This document shows positions 44,560-53,922 of a DNA stretch of 64,000 bases, in pieces. The notes under the pieces were generated by a model. That model did no database searches, was not told the origin of the DNA, and saw nothing but the letters and a program-made list of their open reading frames with translations. The stretch lies in the IMG/VR virus record IMGVR_UViG_3300049448_000712. The stretch is one strand, 5' to 3'. Each line of letters starts with the position of its first letter. Positions within the stretch are counted from its first letter, which is position 1. Source of the stretch: a virus. The position numbers were made by a program, and so were the translations under genes.

Positions 44560-45033
44560 TCAGAGGTGCCAGAAGAAACGAACCGGCAGGTTCCCGAAGC
44601 CCTTCTCGAGCGGCGCATCGAGGTAGTTGTGCGCGCCGGCCTGCGTGATGTGCGGACGCAGCGTGCTCTCCGAGGGGACGACGAGCCCGATGTGGCTGTG
44701 CCCCTCGGGCGGGTTCTTCGAGTTGCGGTACGTGACGATGACCGGGTAGCCCTTGTTCGCGAAGGCGACCGCCTCACCGGAGCTGCACTCGCTCCAGCCG
44801 GCCGCCTCGCCTGCGTCGGAGGCCAGCCAGTCGATCTGCTGGTGCGCGAACCAGCCCGGCGTCGGGAACGGGACCTCGAGGTCTTCCAGCAACCCCTGCA
44901 CGTACAGGTTGCACCAGGTGGTGCCTGGAGCGGGGTGGTTGGGCGCATAGCGCGGCTCGCTCTCGACCTTCCGTGCCGCGACGAGCTCCTTTGTCTTTTC
45001 CGGGGATCTGACGCACTGCAGGGTGTCCGTCAT
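44560..45033 (-). CDS. CHAP-like cysteine amidase/peptidase paralog
   Basis: RBS AGGAG before the ATG. TTWCNLYVQ and EGHSHIGLVVP align with the Cys and His regions of 42045..42602. Confidence 0.45.
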   Translation of the reverse strand: MTDTLQCVRSPEKTKELVAARKVESEPRYAPNHPAPGTTWCNLYVQGLLEDLEVPFPTPGWFAHQQIDWLASDAGEAAGWSECSSGEAVAFANKGYPVIVTYRNSKNPPEGHSHIGLVVPSESTLRPHITQAGAHNYLDAPLEKGFGNLPVRFFWHL

Positions 45034-45060
45034 GTCGCAGTCTCCTGTTAGGCTCCCAGA

Positions 45061-45423
45061 GTGGCACGAATCCTCGTGGTTGACGACGACTTCTCCATCG
45101 CCCGCGTGCTCACCGAGCTCTTCGAGCGCTGGGGGCACGAGACGTTCATGTGCAGTGACGGCCTCGACGCTATCGCCACGCTTGAGGTGCGCCGGCCGGA
45201 TGCCGTCGTCACCGACTGGCAGATGGGTGAGGTCTCAGGCGTCGATGTGCTCGAGGTGGCACGCACGCGCGTACCCGACTGCAGGCGCATTCTCATCACC
45301 GCCTCGCCAACAGCTGACGAGGTCCGCGAGGCGGTGCGCTCGGGTGTCGCGGAGTACCTGATCGAGAAGCCGTGGAGCCTCGTCGACTTCAAGGTCGCTC
45401 TGCGCGGCCTTCCCGCCGACTGA
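45061..45423 (+). CDS. stand-alone response regulator receiver (REC/CheY-like) domain protein
   Basis: ILVVDDD, phosphoacceptor-region VVTDWQM and conserved Lys LIEKPW. GTG start. Confidence 0.7.
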   Translation: MARILVVDDDFSIARVLTELFERWGHETFMCSDGLDAIATLEVRRPDAVVTDWQMGEVSGVDVLEVARTRVPDCRRILITASPTADEVREAVRSGVAEYLIEKPWSLVDFKVALRGLPAD

Positions 45424-45841
45424 GCTCTTCGCGGAGCACCTCGCGCACGGTGCGCTCGAGCTCAGAGTTGAGGACCCCGGTGAGCTTTCGGTTGAGCTCC
45501 GTCGTCACGTCGGCCAGCCCCTTCTCGAGCCGCTCCTCATGAGACTTGCCGGACTTCTCGATGCGCGTGTCAAGGTGGCCGATGCTCGTCCTTATGCCGT
45601 TGAGCTCGGAAGCGATGCTGCTGCTCGAGGCGTCCATCTTGATCTGGACCTGGCCTTGCGTCTTCTCGAGATCATTGAGCCGGAGCTCGTGCTCGTCGAG
45701 CTTCTTCTGCTGGGCCTTCTCCGCATCATCTCTGGCCTGCACGTTGCGCGCGAAAGAGCCCTTCACGAGCGGCAGCAGCATCTCCTTGCCGACCCAGACT
45801 GCGATGGCACCGTAGACTGCGAGCTCGGCGTTCTCGGTCAT
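45389..45841 (-). CDS. membrane coiled-coil protein
   Basis: TM AELAVYGAIAVWVGKEMLL, then a coiled coil. Confidence 0.4.
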   Translation of the reverse strand: MTENAELAVYGAIAVWVGKEMLLPLVKGSFARNVQARDDAEKAQQKKLDEHELRLNDLEKTQGQVQIKMDASSSSIASELNGIRTSIGHLDTRIEKSGKSHEERLEKGLADVTTELNRKLTGVLNSELERTVREVLREELSRREGRAERP

Positions 45842-46293
45842 CGCGGCCCCATGCACGCCCACGAGAACTTGTCGTTCGCCGTGCCGTTGAACACCGCCTG
45901 CGACGTCGAGATGGTAGCGATCGGCACGTCACACGCGGCGACCGCGGTCCCGTCGGAGCAGAAGCAAGCGGGGTTGTCGGTGAACGCGTTCTTGAACGTG
46001 ACCGTCTTCGTACCGCCCGCGCTGAGCACATCTCGGCCGACTTCCATGTAGAGCGCCTGGGTGCCACCGTCTGTGAGCGCCCCAACGACGTTGATGCGAC
46101 CGTTCGCGATGTTGTTGCCACCCGCCTGCCAGTCGCCGCCGACCATGCCGGTGCCGCCGTCGAAGATGCCCGAGTAGGTCGTGTTGCCGATCACCCCCGG
46201 CGTCCCGTTGGGGATGGTGAAACCAGCGAACGCAGCTCGGACTCCGATGCTGCCCACGACAACGCCAACGAGAAACAACGAGAGCTTTTTCAT
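45838..46293 (-). CDS. secreted protein
   Basis: Signal peptide MKKLSLFLVGVVVGSIGVRAAFA; Gly/Thr-rich. Confidence 0.45.
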   Translation of the reverse strand: MKKLSLFLVGVVVGSIGVRAAFAGFTIPNGTPGVIGNTTYSGIFDGGTGMVGGDWQAGGNNIANGRINVVGALTDGGTQALYMEVGRDVLSAGGTKTVTFKNAFTDNPACFCSDGTAVAACDVPIATISTSQAVFNGTANDKFSWACMGPR

Positions 46294-47810
46294 CGGGCGC
46301 AGATCCTCGAGCCGTAGGGAGAAGAAACAAGACAGGAGCCAGCCGGCAGGTCGCTGAAGTTCGCAGCGACCCACGCATCGACCGTGAGCGCGAACGCGCC
46401 GCCCGGCGTCAGCGTCACGCCAGATGCCAAGAATGAGATCTGCGACCCCGCCAACGCGGAGAACCCGTTGCTGTTCGTCGACCCAGTCATAGCGAGGACA
46501 TTCACAGTGCTTCCGCCGTAGGCCTGCAAGGCAGTCTGGCATCCGGTGATGTTCGTCGTGTCGATATTCGGCACGGTCGACACCGGCTGAAACTGCCCCG
46601 AGGCGTTGGAGCCGACGACGATGCCGTTCGTCGGGGCTGAACAGTCGATGCGCGTGTTACTGAAGGTTCCAGTGTTGCTGGTCGTGCGCCCGAATGTGAC
46701 ACCCGTCGACCAACCAGAGATCTCGTTTCCGGTGAAGGTGTTCGTGAGGGTGTTGGCCCCGAATGCCCCGTTGCCGAGCTGAAGAGCTACTCCGCTCGTC
46801 TGCACATTGCGAAGGAGAGAATTGGAGACGCCAATGGACGACCCTCCGACGCTCAGTCCGTTGTTCGGGGAATTGAGCGAGAGATCGACCTTGGAGAACG
46901 AGATAGTGCTGGTCAACCCGGCTGAGCGAGCACCGATGAATGCCCCACTGGCAGACACTGCGCTCGGACGAATCTGAAGGACGTTGAACAGAAACGAGCT
47001 TGCATCATCAATCGCGAGACCAGCGCCGCTTACGTTGGCCAGCCTCAGTTGAGTCATCTGAATGGCAGAAGACGTGTAGTTGACCGTGTTGCCACCGATG
47101 ACGACAGCAGCACGCGTCGTAACGGCCGCTACGCTAGGCGACGCCGCCAGCACCGCTACGCCCGTGACGATCGCCGACGGGTCCTGAATAGCGTACGTCG
47201 TCGAGCCCGTCGGCGCGCTCCACGAACCAGCGATCGTGATGCTCGTCCCTGTGTTCGAGATGATGGGAAAGCTCACGTTCGCTGGCGTCGCCGTGGTGAT
47301 GAATCGCCCGACGAGGTCGTTCACCGTCCACGTCGCACCGGAGTCGACGAGCGTGCCGAAGGTTGGAGCCGTGCCGGCAGTGCCTCCTGTCGCGGTGCCG
47401 GTCGCCGAGCCCGACGCGAGCGTGCTGTTCACCAGCGACCCTGTGATCAGCAGGCCGCCTGTCGTCTGCTGCACGCTGTTGTCGGCCATGAAGCCGGAGA
47501 TGACGAAGCCGGGGTGATTGCCGGCGAGCAGGTTCACCGTGACCTGCTGGCGCAGCAGCTTCGGAATCTTGTTGAGCGCGCCCTGCGGCGTCGCGCAGCA
47601 GTTCGTCGTCGTGCCGATGCACGTGCTGCTGTCGCTGCCGGCGCTCGGGTCCACGCAGTAGTTGACGACCGTCGGCTGCCCATCGGTCTCGTACACAGGG
47701 ATCTTGAGGAAGTTGCCACGGCCGACACGCGACACGGCAGGTCCTGCGGTGCCCTGCGCGAACGCGGACAACCCCAGCAGCATGAGACAGAGAGCGCTTC
47801 GCATGTTCAT
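46290..47810 (-). CDS. secreted Thr/Ser/Gly/Asn-rich beta-helix-like protein (506 aa)
   Basis: Signal peptide MNMRSALCLMLLGLSAFAQG. Repetitive composition with N-x-(S/T)-rich turns typical of parallel beta-helix adhesin/fibre proteins. Confidence 0.55.
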   Translation of the reverse strand: MNMRSALCLMLLGLSAFAQGTAGPAVSRVGRGNFLKIPVYETDGQPTVVNYCVDPSAGSDSSTCIGTTTNCCATPQGALNKIPKLLRQQVTVNLLAGNHPGFVISGFMADNSVQQTTGGLLITGSLVNSTLASGSATGTATGGTAGTAPTFGTLVDSGATWTVNDLVGRFITTATPANVSFPIISNTGTSITIAGSWSAPTGSTTYAIQDPSAIVTGVAVLAASPSVAAVTTRAAVVIGGNTVNYTSSAIQMTQLRLANVSGAGLAIDDASSFLFNVLQIRPSAVSASGAFIGARSAGLTSTISFSKVDLSLNSPNNGLSVGGSSIGVSNSLLRNVQTSGVALQLGNGAFGANTLTNTFTGNEISGWSTGVTFGRTTSNTGTFSNTRIDCSAPTNGIVVGSNASGQFQPVSTVPNIDTTNITGCQTALQAYGGSTVNVLAMTGSTNSNGFSALAGSQISFLASGVTLTPGGAFALTVDAWVAANFSDLPAGSCLVSSPYGSRICAR

Positions 47811-47813
47811 CTC

Positions 47814-48971
47814 CTAGTAGCCGACCCACTCGCAGACGCCTGCGAACCCGACGTTGCCCGCGGTCGTCGCACCGGAGTCCGCTCCACTGCTGATCATGCC
47901 GCGCCAGATGAGCTGCTTCGTCGCCTGCGGCAGATCAGAGGCCAGCGTTCCGCCCGTCCACGTCGGGTTGACGCCCGAGCCGTTCGTGCGCGAGAGCAGC
48001 CAATGCACCACCGCCTCGTTCGGCGCCCCCCAGAACCAGCCATCGAAGGTGTACTCGACGCCACGGCACGTGAAGGGATCGCCGCCATCTGCCGGACCCA
48101 CGTCTACGCAGGTCGCCGTGCCAGCCGCGTCGTTGCTGCAGATCTGCAGATTCACCTGCGCAGCGATGTCATCACACCCGAAGTAGAAGGTGTTCGTCTG
48201 CGCGGAAGGCTGCACGGTGCCTGAAGGAGCACCGCTCGTATCTCCCCAGCCCATGTACATGGCCCACGCCGTCTTGCCGTCCCAGATGAGAGGCGACCAG
48301 CGCTCCCAAGCAACGAAGCCCAAACTCATCACCAAGGGCTCCTGTGAGGTCGTCTCGGTGATGCCGGTCCACGTGTTCACAGTCGACCCGAGCGCGTGGA
48401 ATGCGTGCCGGTGCTTGCGGATGTTGGACCCTGCGTCCCAGCCCGAGATGCCACCCGTCGCGCCGAACTGGTTGGTGTTGGTGTTGGTGCCAACGTTCAC
48501 CAGCAAGTTGCCGCCACCACCTGCAGTGCCGTCGGGGAAGTGGCACTCCATGTGAACCATGTCGGGCGTCGAGTAGACAGCGCCCTCGCCCGGCGTCAGA
48601 AACGACCAGGGCGTCGGCAGCGCAAGCACAGAGTCGATGCGCACCTGCGTCTGCGGCATCGACGCCTGTTGCGCGAAGTCGTATTCGAGGCTGCCACCAT
48701 CGGGCGGCGCGACCTCGGCGTACTCGGGCGCGTATCTCTCGTGCGTACCGTCGGAGGTCACGTTGGCGATGCCGCCGAACGTGCCGGCCTTGTTGTACTG
48801 CACCTCGGCGTTGGCGCCGCCTGGAGGGCCGCCATCACTGACGCCAGGGCCCGCCGTCGAGCCGTGCCGTGAGATGCGACCGTTCGCCTGCCCCGGCAGC
48901 GCCTGCGCGAGCGCGAACGCCGCAATGAGGAGCACACCCAGAAGCCACAATCTTCCTAGCGATAGACCCAT
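47814..48971 (-). CDS. secreted protein, paralog of the next gene
   Basis: Signal peptide MGLSLGRLWLLGVLLIAAFALAQALPGQANGRISRHG. The upstream ORF extension is Arg/His-rich junk. Confidence 0.5.
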   Translation of the reverse strand: MGLSLGRLWLLGVLLIAAFALAQALPGQANGRISRHGSTAGPGVSDGGPPGGANAEVQYNKAGTFGGIANVTSDGTHERYAPEYAEVAPPDGGSLEYDFAQQASMPQTQVRIDSVLALPTPWSFLTPGEGAVYSTPDMVHMECHFPDGTAGGGGNLLVNVGTNTNTNQFGATGGISGWDAGSNIRKHRHAFHALGSTVNTWTGITETTSQEPLVMSLGFVAWERWSPLIWDGKTAWAMYMGWGDTSGAPSGTVQPSAQTNTFYFGCDDIAAQVNLQICSNDAAGTATCVDVGPADGGDPFTCRGVEYTFDGWFWGAPNEAVVHWLLSRTNGSGVNPTWTGGTLASDLPQATKQLIWRGMISSGADSGATTAGNVGFAGVCEWVGY

Positions 48972-50419
48972 GAGATGTTCCCCAAGCTCACCGTGATGCA
49001 GTTGACATCGTTCACTCTGAGGTCGATGTCGTCGGCCGCCAATACCGTCGCAGTCGAGCACGCAACACGCGTGACGACGCCCGCCGCGACGTTGCAGGCG
49101 ATGTTGCCCGTGACGCAGAGCTGCGTGCCGCTCGACCTGTTGAAAGCCTCGACCGTGAACGTGTGCGCACCGTCCGCTCCGGCCTTCGTCGGAGTGAACG
49201 CGAGCGAGACGCCCGTCACGACGAGCCCCATCCGCGTCTCCATCACCACAGTACCGGTGCCGATGGTCTGCCCGTCGTAGTACGCGCTCATCGTCGAGGG
49301 CGCGATGAGGTTGAGCGAGTTCCGCGAGGTGACGACCTGCGCGTAGTCCGTGCCGTCGTGGTAGTACCAGTTGTGCGTGTCGACGGCGTAGCGCCAAGTC
49401 GACTCGAACGTCCCGAAGAAATACTGCCCCAGGCTCGTCGCGATGTTGGTCACGAGGGGCGGAAAATCCGCGCGCTGAAGTCCGCTGATGATGCCGAAGC
49501 CGGCCCAAGGGTCGATGAACCAGCTCGAAGCACCACCCACCAGCGGCGTGTTCTGGACCTGAACGATCAGACCGCCCTGGCGGTTCGCTGAAGGCACCAA
49601 CCCAATGTCTCCGTGCAGACCTCCGTAGTAGTAGTAGGTGCCTCCGTCCGAGAACTGGCCCACCCACGAGCCACCGTCGTACGGCGGCTTTCCACCATCC
49701 ACCATCACGGCGCTCACGTTGTCGCCAAGACGCCCTTGCAGCACGAGGTACTGCTCGGACGCGGCGCGCAGCGCTACAGCTCCGCTGCCTCGCCCCGAAG
49801 AGACCTCAAAGCTCGAGGCCGAATATTGGCTGCCTCCGAACACCGTGCCGTCGACCGTGATGCGAGCCACAGGCAGGCCGTTTTCGACTACGCCCAAAGC
49901 CACCGCCGTTCCGTCAGTGCCGGCCGGATTGCGATTGCCGTGAATCTCCCAATCGGCCCCCGGATCGCCAGCACCGCGGTTGCTCTGCGAGAACAGACCG
50001 GCGACTCCAACGGCGAACCAGTAGTCGCCGTATAAGATGTTCGCGCCGAGCACGAGATTGCCGTTGTTTACAAGCTGCTGTGTGCCGTCCCAATACGCGT
50101 ACTCGACGCCGCCCGCCTGCACCGACAGCACCTTGGCGTTCGACGTCGAGCGGGCGTTGGCCGAACCGATGATGATGTCGGGGAACCCGGTGTTGCCGGT
50201 TTGCGTGCCCAGCAGGTAGGTCGTCGTGTTCGAGTTCACCGACTCGATCAGAGGCGTCGAGACCTGCGACGCGACGAGGAGGCCACCGTCGAACCCAGAG
50301 CCTCCGCCTCCGATGCTCACCGCACGGCGTGAGACACGACCGTTACTCTGACCGGGCAGCGCCTGCGCGAGAACCACGCCGCCGACGACCAGCGCCAGAA
50401 GAACGAGGGCCGCGCGCAT
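48956..50419 (-). CDS. secreted protein (487 aa)
   Basis: Signal peptide MRAALVLLALVVGGVVLAQALPGQSNGRVSRRAVS; the mature N-terminus parallels 47814..48971. Confidence 0.5.
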   Translation of the reverse strand: MRAALVLLALVVGGVVLAQALPGQSNGRVSRRAVSIGGGGSGFDGGLLVASQVSTPLIESVNSNTTTYLLGTQTGNTGFPDIIIGSANARSTSNAKVLSVQAGGVEYAYWDGTQQLVNNGNLVLGANILYGDYWFAVGVAGLFSQSNRGAGDPGADWEIHGNRNPAGTDGTAVALGVVENGLPVARITVDGTVFGGSQYSASSFEVSSGRGSGAVALRAASEQYLVLQGRLGDNVSAVMVDGGKPPYDGGSWVGQFSDGGTYYYYGGLHGDIGLVPSANRQGGLIVQVQNTPLVGGASSWFIDPWAGFGIISGLQRADFPPLVTNIATSLGQYFFGTFESTWRYAVDTHNWYYHDGTDYAQVVTSRNSLNLIAPSTMSAYYDGQTIGTGTVVMETRMGLVVTGVSLAFTPTKAGADGAHTFTVEAFNRSSGTQLCVTGNIACNVAAGVVTRVACSTATVLAADDIDLRVNDVNCITVSLGNISWVYR

Positions 50420-50422
50420 GGC

Positions 50423-50881
50423 TTACGGCACGCATTCAGTCGAGAGGAGCGAGATGTTGCTCCCGTTGCAGATGCACCACGGCACGCCTGCGTCCTGCCG
50501 CGTGATGTTGTACGTGGCGCAGTCGCCCGTCGCGAGCGTGTCGCCGGGCGAGCCTGCAGAATAGGTCGGCTGCCCGTTGCTCTGGCAGATGCACGACGCG
50601 CCGTTGGAGTTCAGCTGCGAGTTGCAGATCTGAATCCACACCCGGTTCGCGGTGGGGACGGAGGGCACGGTGAGAACTGCGGTGCCAGCGTCGGTCACCT
50701 TCTGCGCAAGCCCCGTGCACGGAGCCGAGGTGACGTACGTCGAGCCACCGTCGCCCGAGCTCCCCACGATCTTCACCGGCCAGGGGCCCTGGTTGCCGGG
50801 CTTGCCTTGATCCGCAGTGACGACAGTGCTCGCCATGGCCGACCAACAGAAGAAAACCGCGATCACGAACACTCGTCTCAT
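50423..50881 (-). CDS. secreted Cys-rich protein
   Basis: Signal peptide MRRVFVIAVFFCWSAMASTVVTA; ten Cys. Confidence 0.45.
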   Translation of the reverse strand: MRRVFVIAVFFCWSAMASTVVTADQGKPGNQGPWPVKIVGSSGDGGSTYVTSAPCTGLAQKVTDAGTAVLTVPSVPTANRVWIQICNSQLNSNGASCICQSNGQPTYSAGSPGDTLATGDCATYNITRQDAGVPWCICNGSNISLLSTECVP

Positions 50882-51150
50882 GTGAAGACCTTTCCGAGCC
50901 AGCGATTGATGAGGAACGTCACAACGCCCGTTGTCACACCGATGGCGATGGCACGAAACGCAGCATCGCCTCCGGCGCTGTCCATGGCGGCAGTCTCGGC
51001 TCCGATGATGGAGCTCACCTCGGCAGACGGGTCACCTCCGCCGCCTCCGAGGAACTGGGCGTAGCCCTGCAGCCCGCCATGCCCCATCGACCAGCGGCGC
51101 CGACGCCGCCACTCGACGTACTGCTTCGCATTCTCGAACTGGCCGTACAT
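50878..51150 (-). CDS. small membrane protein
   Basis: C-terminal TM AIAIGVTTGVVTFLINRWL. Confidence 0.4.
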   Translation of the reverse strand: MYGQFENAKQYVEWRRRRRWSMGHGGLQGYAQFLGGGGGDPSAEVSSIIGAETAAMDSAGGDAAFRAIAIGVTTGVVTFLINRWLGKVFT

Positions 51151-52118
51151 CAGATCATCCCGTAGCGAGCGATGTCGATGTAGGCCCCGACGAGCGAGCC
51201 GCCGCTCGTGTCGAAGAGTTGCACGCCGCCATCGTCGGCGGCCAGGCGCACGAGCTCCGTTGGAGCCTCGACGACAGGGAACTCGTTGGCGAAGTTTCCG
51301 GCTGCGCCGCTGGGCGCGTACGAGCCCCAGGTGTAGTCGATGAAGCGCACGGGCGTCGCGATGACCGCGTTGTTGATGTCGAGGTCAAAGTCGTTCGAGC
51401 TCTGAATGTCGAAGCGCACCGTCGCGGGCGCAGCGAGCGTGTTCAGCCGCAGCGACATGAGGATCTTCGTCGGCCGAGAGATGGCGATGGTCGGCAGGCC
51501 CTTCTGGCTGATGGTGCCGACGCGCACGGCCTGGGTCCACGGGAAACGCAGCGGCCAGTTCTTCGGCGCGTTCGCAGGCGGCGCGGCGGGGTCGGCGATC
51601 AGCATGCGCTGGCGGTGGAACAACACCTCGGCATCACCGGGCCACGCGACGTCGGCGTCCGGCGAAGGGAAGACGTACAGCGTCGCAAGACCGCCGCCCA
51701 GCCACCCGAACGGCAGGCCCCAGTTGAGCCCGGAGAAGTTGCCCGACACGCCCCATGGCCGACCGTGCGGGCGGTAGATCTGGCCCGGCCGCAAGACGAT
51801 CGGCTGCGGCGAGGTCGTCTGCCCCGCGACGAGCGGCTGCACCGCGACGGGAGTCTGCGAGCTGGGGTGAAGCCCGAACGTGTAGCCGGGGATGTTGATC
51901 TGCTGCGCGGGCGACACGCTGTTGTTGACGATCAGCTCGTTCTGCGACTGCTGCTGCAGCGCGTTCTGCAGCCCGGCGTTGTCGTAGTAGCTCTGGAAGC
52001 CGAAGACGGTGGTGACGGAGACTCCAGGCGAACCCGAGTCGGGCAAAAGCGTGTGCTTCTGCACGACGGGTTGTCCCATGCCCTTCGCCATCGCTCTGAA
52101 ATTGGCAAACGCGGTCAT
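51150..52118 (-). CDS. hypothetical protein (structural candidate)
   Basis: Long ORF with coding GC3. Start taken at MTAFANFRAMAKG. Confidence 0.45.
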   Translation of the reverse strand: MTAFANFRAMAKGMGQPVVQKHTLLPDSGSPGVSVTTVFGFQSYYDNAGLQNALQQQSQNELIVNNSVSPAQQINIPGYTFGLHPSSQTPVAVQPLVAGQTTSPQPIVLRPGQIYRPHGRPWGVSGNFSGLNWGLPFGWLGGGLATLYVFPSPDADVAWPGDAEVLFHRQRMLIADPAAPPANAPKNWPLRFPWTQAVRVGTISQKGLPTIAISRPTKILMSLRLNTLAAPATVRFDIQSSNDFDLDINNAVIATPVRFIDYTWGSYAPSGAAGNFANEFPVVEAPTELVRLAADDGGVQLFDTSGGSLVGAYIDIARYGMI

Positions 52119-52173
52119 CAGGCCTCCAGGCCGAAATGACAGCGCCACCAGAAGTTCTAGCAGGTCTGCACGC

Positions 52174-52464
52174 CTACAGAAAGCGCTTCAGCGCGTCGAA
52201 GAACTGGAGCCCGCTAAGCACAGGCGACGCGCAGACGCCACACACTCTCACGCTGAGCGGACCGAGTTGCACCTGGGCATCTGCCGGACGCAGACCGCAC
52301 ACAGGGCAGCGTTGCTTCTTCGGCGCTCGGTGCGCCTGGAGCTCAACGACCGACAGGTCGCCGGCAGCAGGAGCCCTTGCCGACTCGCTTGGAGGAATTC
52401 GCGCCAAAGAGGCGGGGCCGAAAACGACGGGGGGCTGCTGCTTCCTCTTCGCCTTCGTCTTCAT
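52174..52464 (-). CDS. Lys-rich N-terminus, zinc-ribbon-like protein
   Basis: MKTKAKRKQQ...CPVCG...CGVC. Overlaps the 3' part of ORF 52343..52645. Confidence 0.3.
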   Translation of the reverse strand: MKTKAKRKQQPPVVFGPASLARIPPSESARAPAAGDLSVVELQAHRAPKKQRCPVCGLRPADAQVQLGPLSVRVCGVCASPVLSGLQFFDALKRFL

Positions 52465-52645
52465 CGTCGGAGCCGCCCGCGAAAAAATGCACGCCCGCCA
52501 TCGCGAGCTCGCCCAAGCCCCCGAGGAAGTGCAGCGTCGAGGCCTGCGAGTTGCCGGGCTGAACCTGAGGGGCCTGCTGCGCCTGTTGCGGCTGAGCCTG
52601 CTGGCCTTCGTACAACGGGGTGCTCGGATCGTACGGGTTTCCCAT
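52343..52645 (-). CDS. Gln/Pro-rich hypothetical protein
   Basis: Coding-like GC3 in its 5' two-thirds. The 3' third overlaps 52174..52464, so a frameshift or nested gene is possible. Confidence 0.3.
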   Translation of the reverse strand: MGNPYDPSTPLYEGQQAQPQQAQQAPQVQPGNSQASTLHFLGGLGELAMAGVHFFAGGSDDEDEGEEEAAAPRRFRPRLFGANSSKRVGKGSCCRRPVGR

Positions 52646-52661
52646 GGACCACTACCTTACA

Positions 52662-53756
52662 TCAGTTCACGTGAGCGCTGTAGTAGTTGGCCTCGTCTTG
52701 GGCACTCGTGATCCACGTGCCATCTGGCATCTGGTACGGAACGAACGACTCGCCCACGTAGGCTCCGCCGCTCGGCATCGGCAACAGGCCTCCAGTGATC
52801 GCGCCATGCTGCTGCGCCGGAGCCACATACGCGCTCTGCCGCTGCCCCATGAAATACGCCGCCACGCCGCCCAGCAGCGTTCCCACCACGCCTCCACGAA
52901 TTCCGCCGAGAAAGAAGCCCAGAGCACCGAGGCCGCCCGCCGCGACGACCGGGCTCACGCTGAACCCCGGCACCATCACCTGCTGCGTCGCACCAGGGGG
53001 CAGGAGTTGCCCCGGCGTGCTCAGCAGTTGATCGATGGACGCAGCGTCGGCTTGCTGCACCGCCTGCTCGTTCGCCTGAATGTGCGCGTCCTGGGTCTGC
53101 GCGAGCGTGTCGAAGGCCTGCTGTGCATTCGCGGCGGACGCATCTGCCTGCTTCGACACCTGCACCGCCTTCGATGCCGCAGTGTCCGCCTTGCCCTGCG
53201 CGATGGTCGCTCGAGCAGCAGCCGCAGCAGCTGCAGCCTGCGCGTCGAACGTGGGCGTCATCGTCGCATGTGAGGCTGCCTGGTCGGCCGTGAACGCCGC
53301 CGCATCAGCCTTGCGCTGCAGGTCGCTCGCGACGTCCGCGTGGACCTGCGCTGCCTGGTTGAGCTCGATCGCTTGTGCAGCCTTCACCGCCACGTGGGTG
53401 TTGAAGATGTCCTTCACAGGAGCCGGAGCCGAAACGGGCGACACCGGCTGCGGCGGCGCGGGCAGTGGCGCAACGGAAGACCCCGCCGTCAGGCTCGGGA
53501 AGAGCGACATGAGCGAGCTCGCGTCGAACATGCCCGGCACGATGCCCTTCGTCACCGGAGCACCGATGAGCTCCGGCCGAATCTGGTAGGGCGCGAACCC
53601 GGCCGGCGCTGACGGATCAGTCGACGGAGCCGCAGGCATCGACTCAGGGGGCACCAACGCATCGGTGCGAACAACCGGCACCGTCGCCGTCACGAGCGTT
53701 TTGCCGATGACCGGCAACCCGTACGCGGAGTACCGCTGGCCGTAGAACCTGCCCAT
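52662..53756 (-). CDS. Ala/Gln-rich coiled-coil protein with C-terminal Gly-rich hydrophobic segment
   Basis: Start at MGRFYGQRYSAYG. Long AQ-rich helix, then VVAAGGLGALGFFLGGIRGGVVGTLLGGVAAYFMG. Confidence 0.5.
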   Translation of the reverse strand: MGRFYGQRYSAYGLPVIGKTLVTATVPVVRTDALVPPESMPAAPSTDPSAPAGFAPYQIRPELIGAPVTKGIVPGMFDASSLMSLFPSLTAGSSVAPLPAPPQPVSPVSAPAPVKDIFNTHVAVKAAQAIELNQAAQVHADVASDLQRKADAAAFTADQAASHATMTPTFDAQAAAAAAAARATIAQGKADTAASKAVQVSKQADASAANAQQAFDTLAQTQDAHIQANEQAVQQADAASIDQLLSTPGQLLPPGATQQVMVPGFSVSPVVAAGGLGALGFFLGGIRGGVVGTLLGGVAAYFMGQRQSAYVAPAQQHGAITGGLLPMPSGGAYVGESFVPYQMPDGTWITSAQDEANYYSAHVN

Positions 53757-53922
53757 CACCGCCTCCTTCTGCTGTGCCGGCGCTTGCGGCGGGGGCACTT
53801 CGTCTTCACCTTGTGCGACGTGCGCCACAAGCACAGGCCGATGAGCGGCACCTTGAGCGCACAGCGACGGCGGGTCGCCGTACACCTGCGCGTCCGCCGT
53901 CTCGAGCTCCTCCGGCGCGTGC

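Noticed and set aside
44079-44948. N-terminal 130 codons of ORF 44079..44948 (S/R/T-rich)
   Set aside because: This is an out-of-frame read across the CHAP-like gene 44560..45033. The real start was taken at the internal Met (44558).
47049-50035. Plus-strand ORFs (47049..48224, 48396..48872, 49163..49591, 49613..50035) opposite the secreted-protein genes
   Set aside because: They are antisense to minus-strand genes that have clear signal peptides and coding GC3, and their translations are Arg/His-rich.
51219-52139. 306-aa plus-strand ORF opposite 51150..52118
   Set aside because: Arg/Asp/Val-rich artefact composition. The minus-strand frame is preferred.
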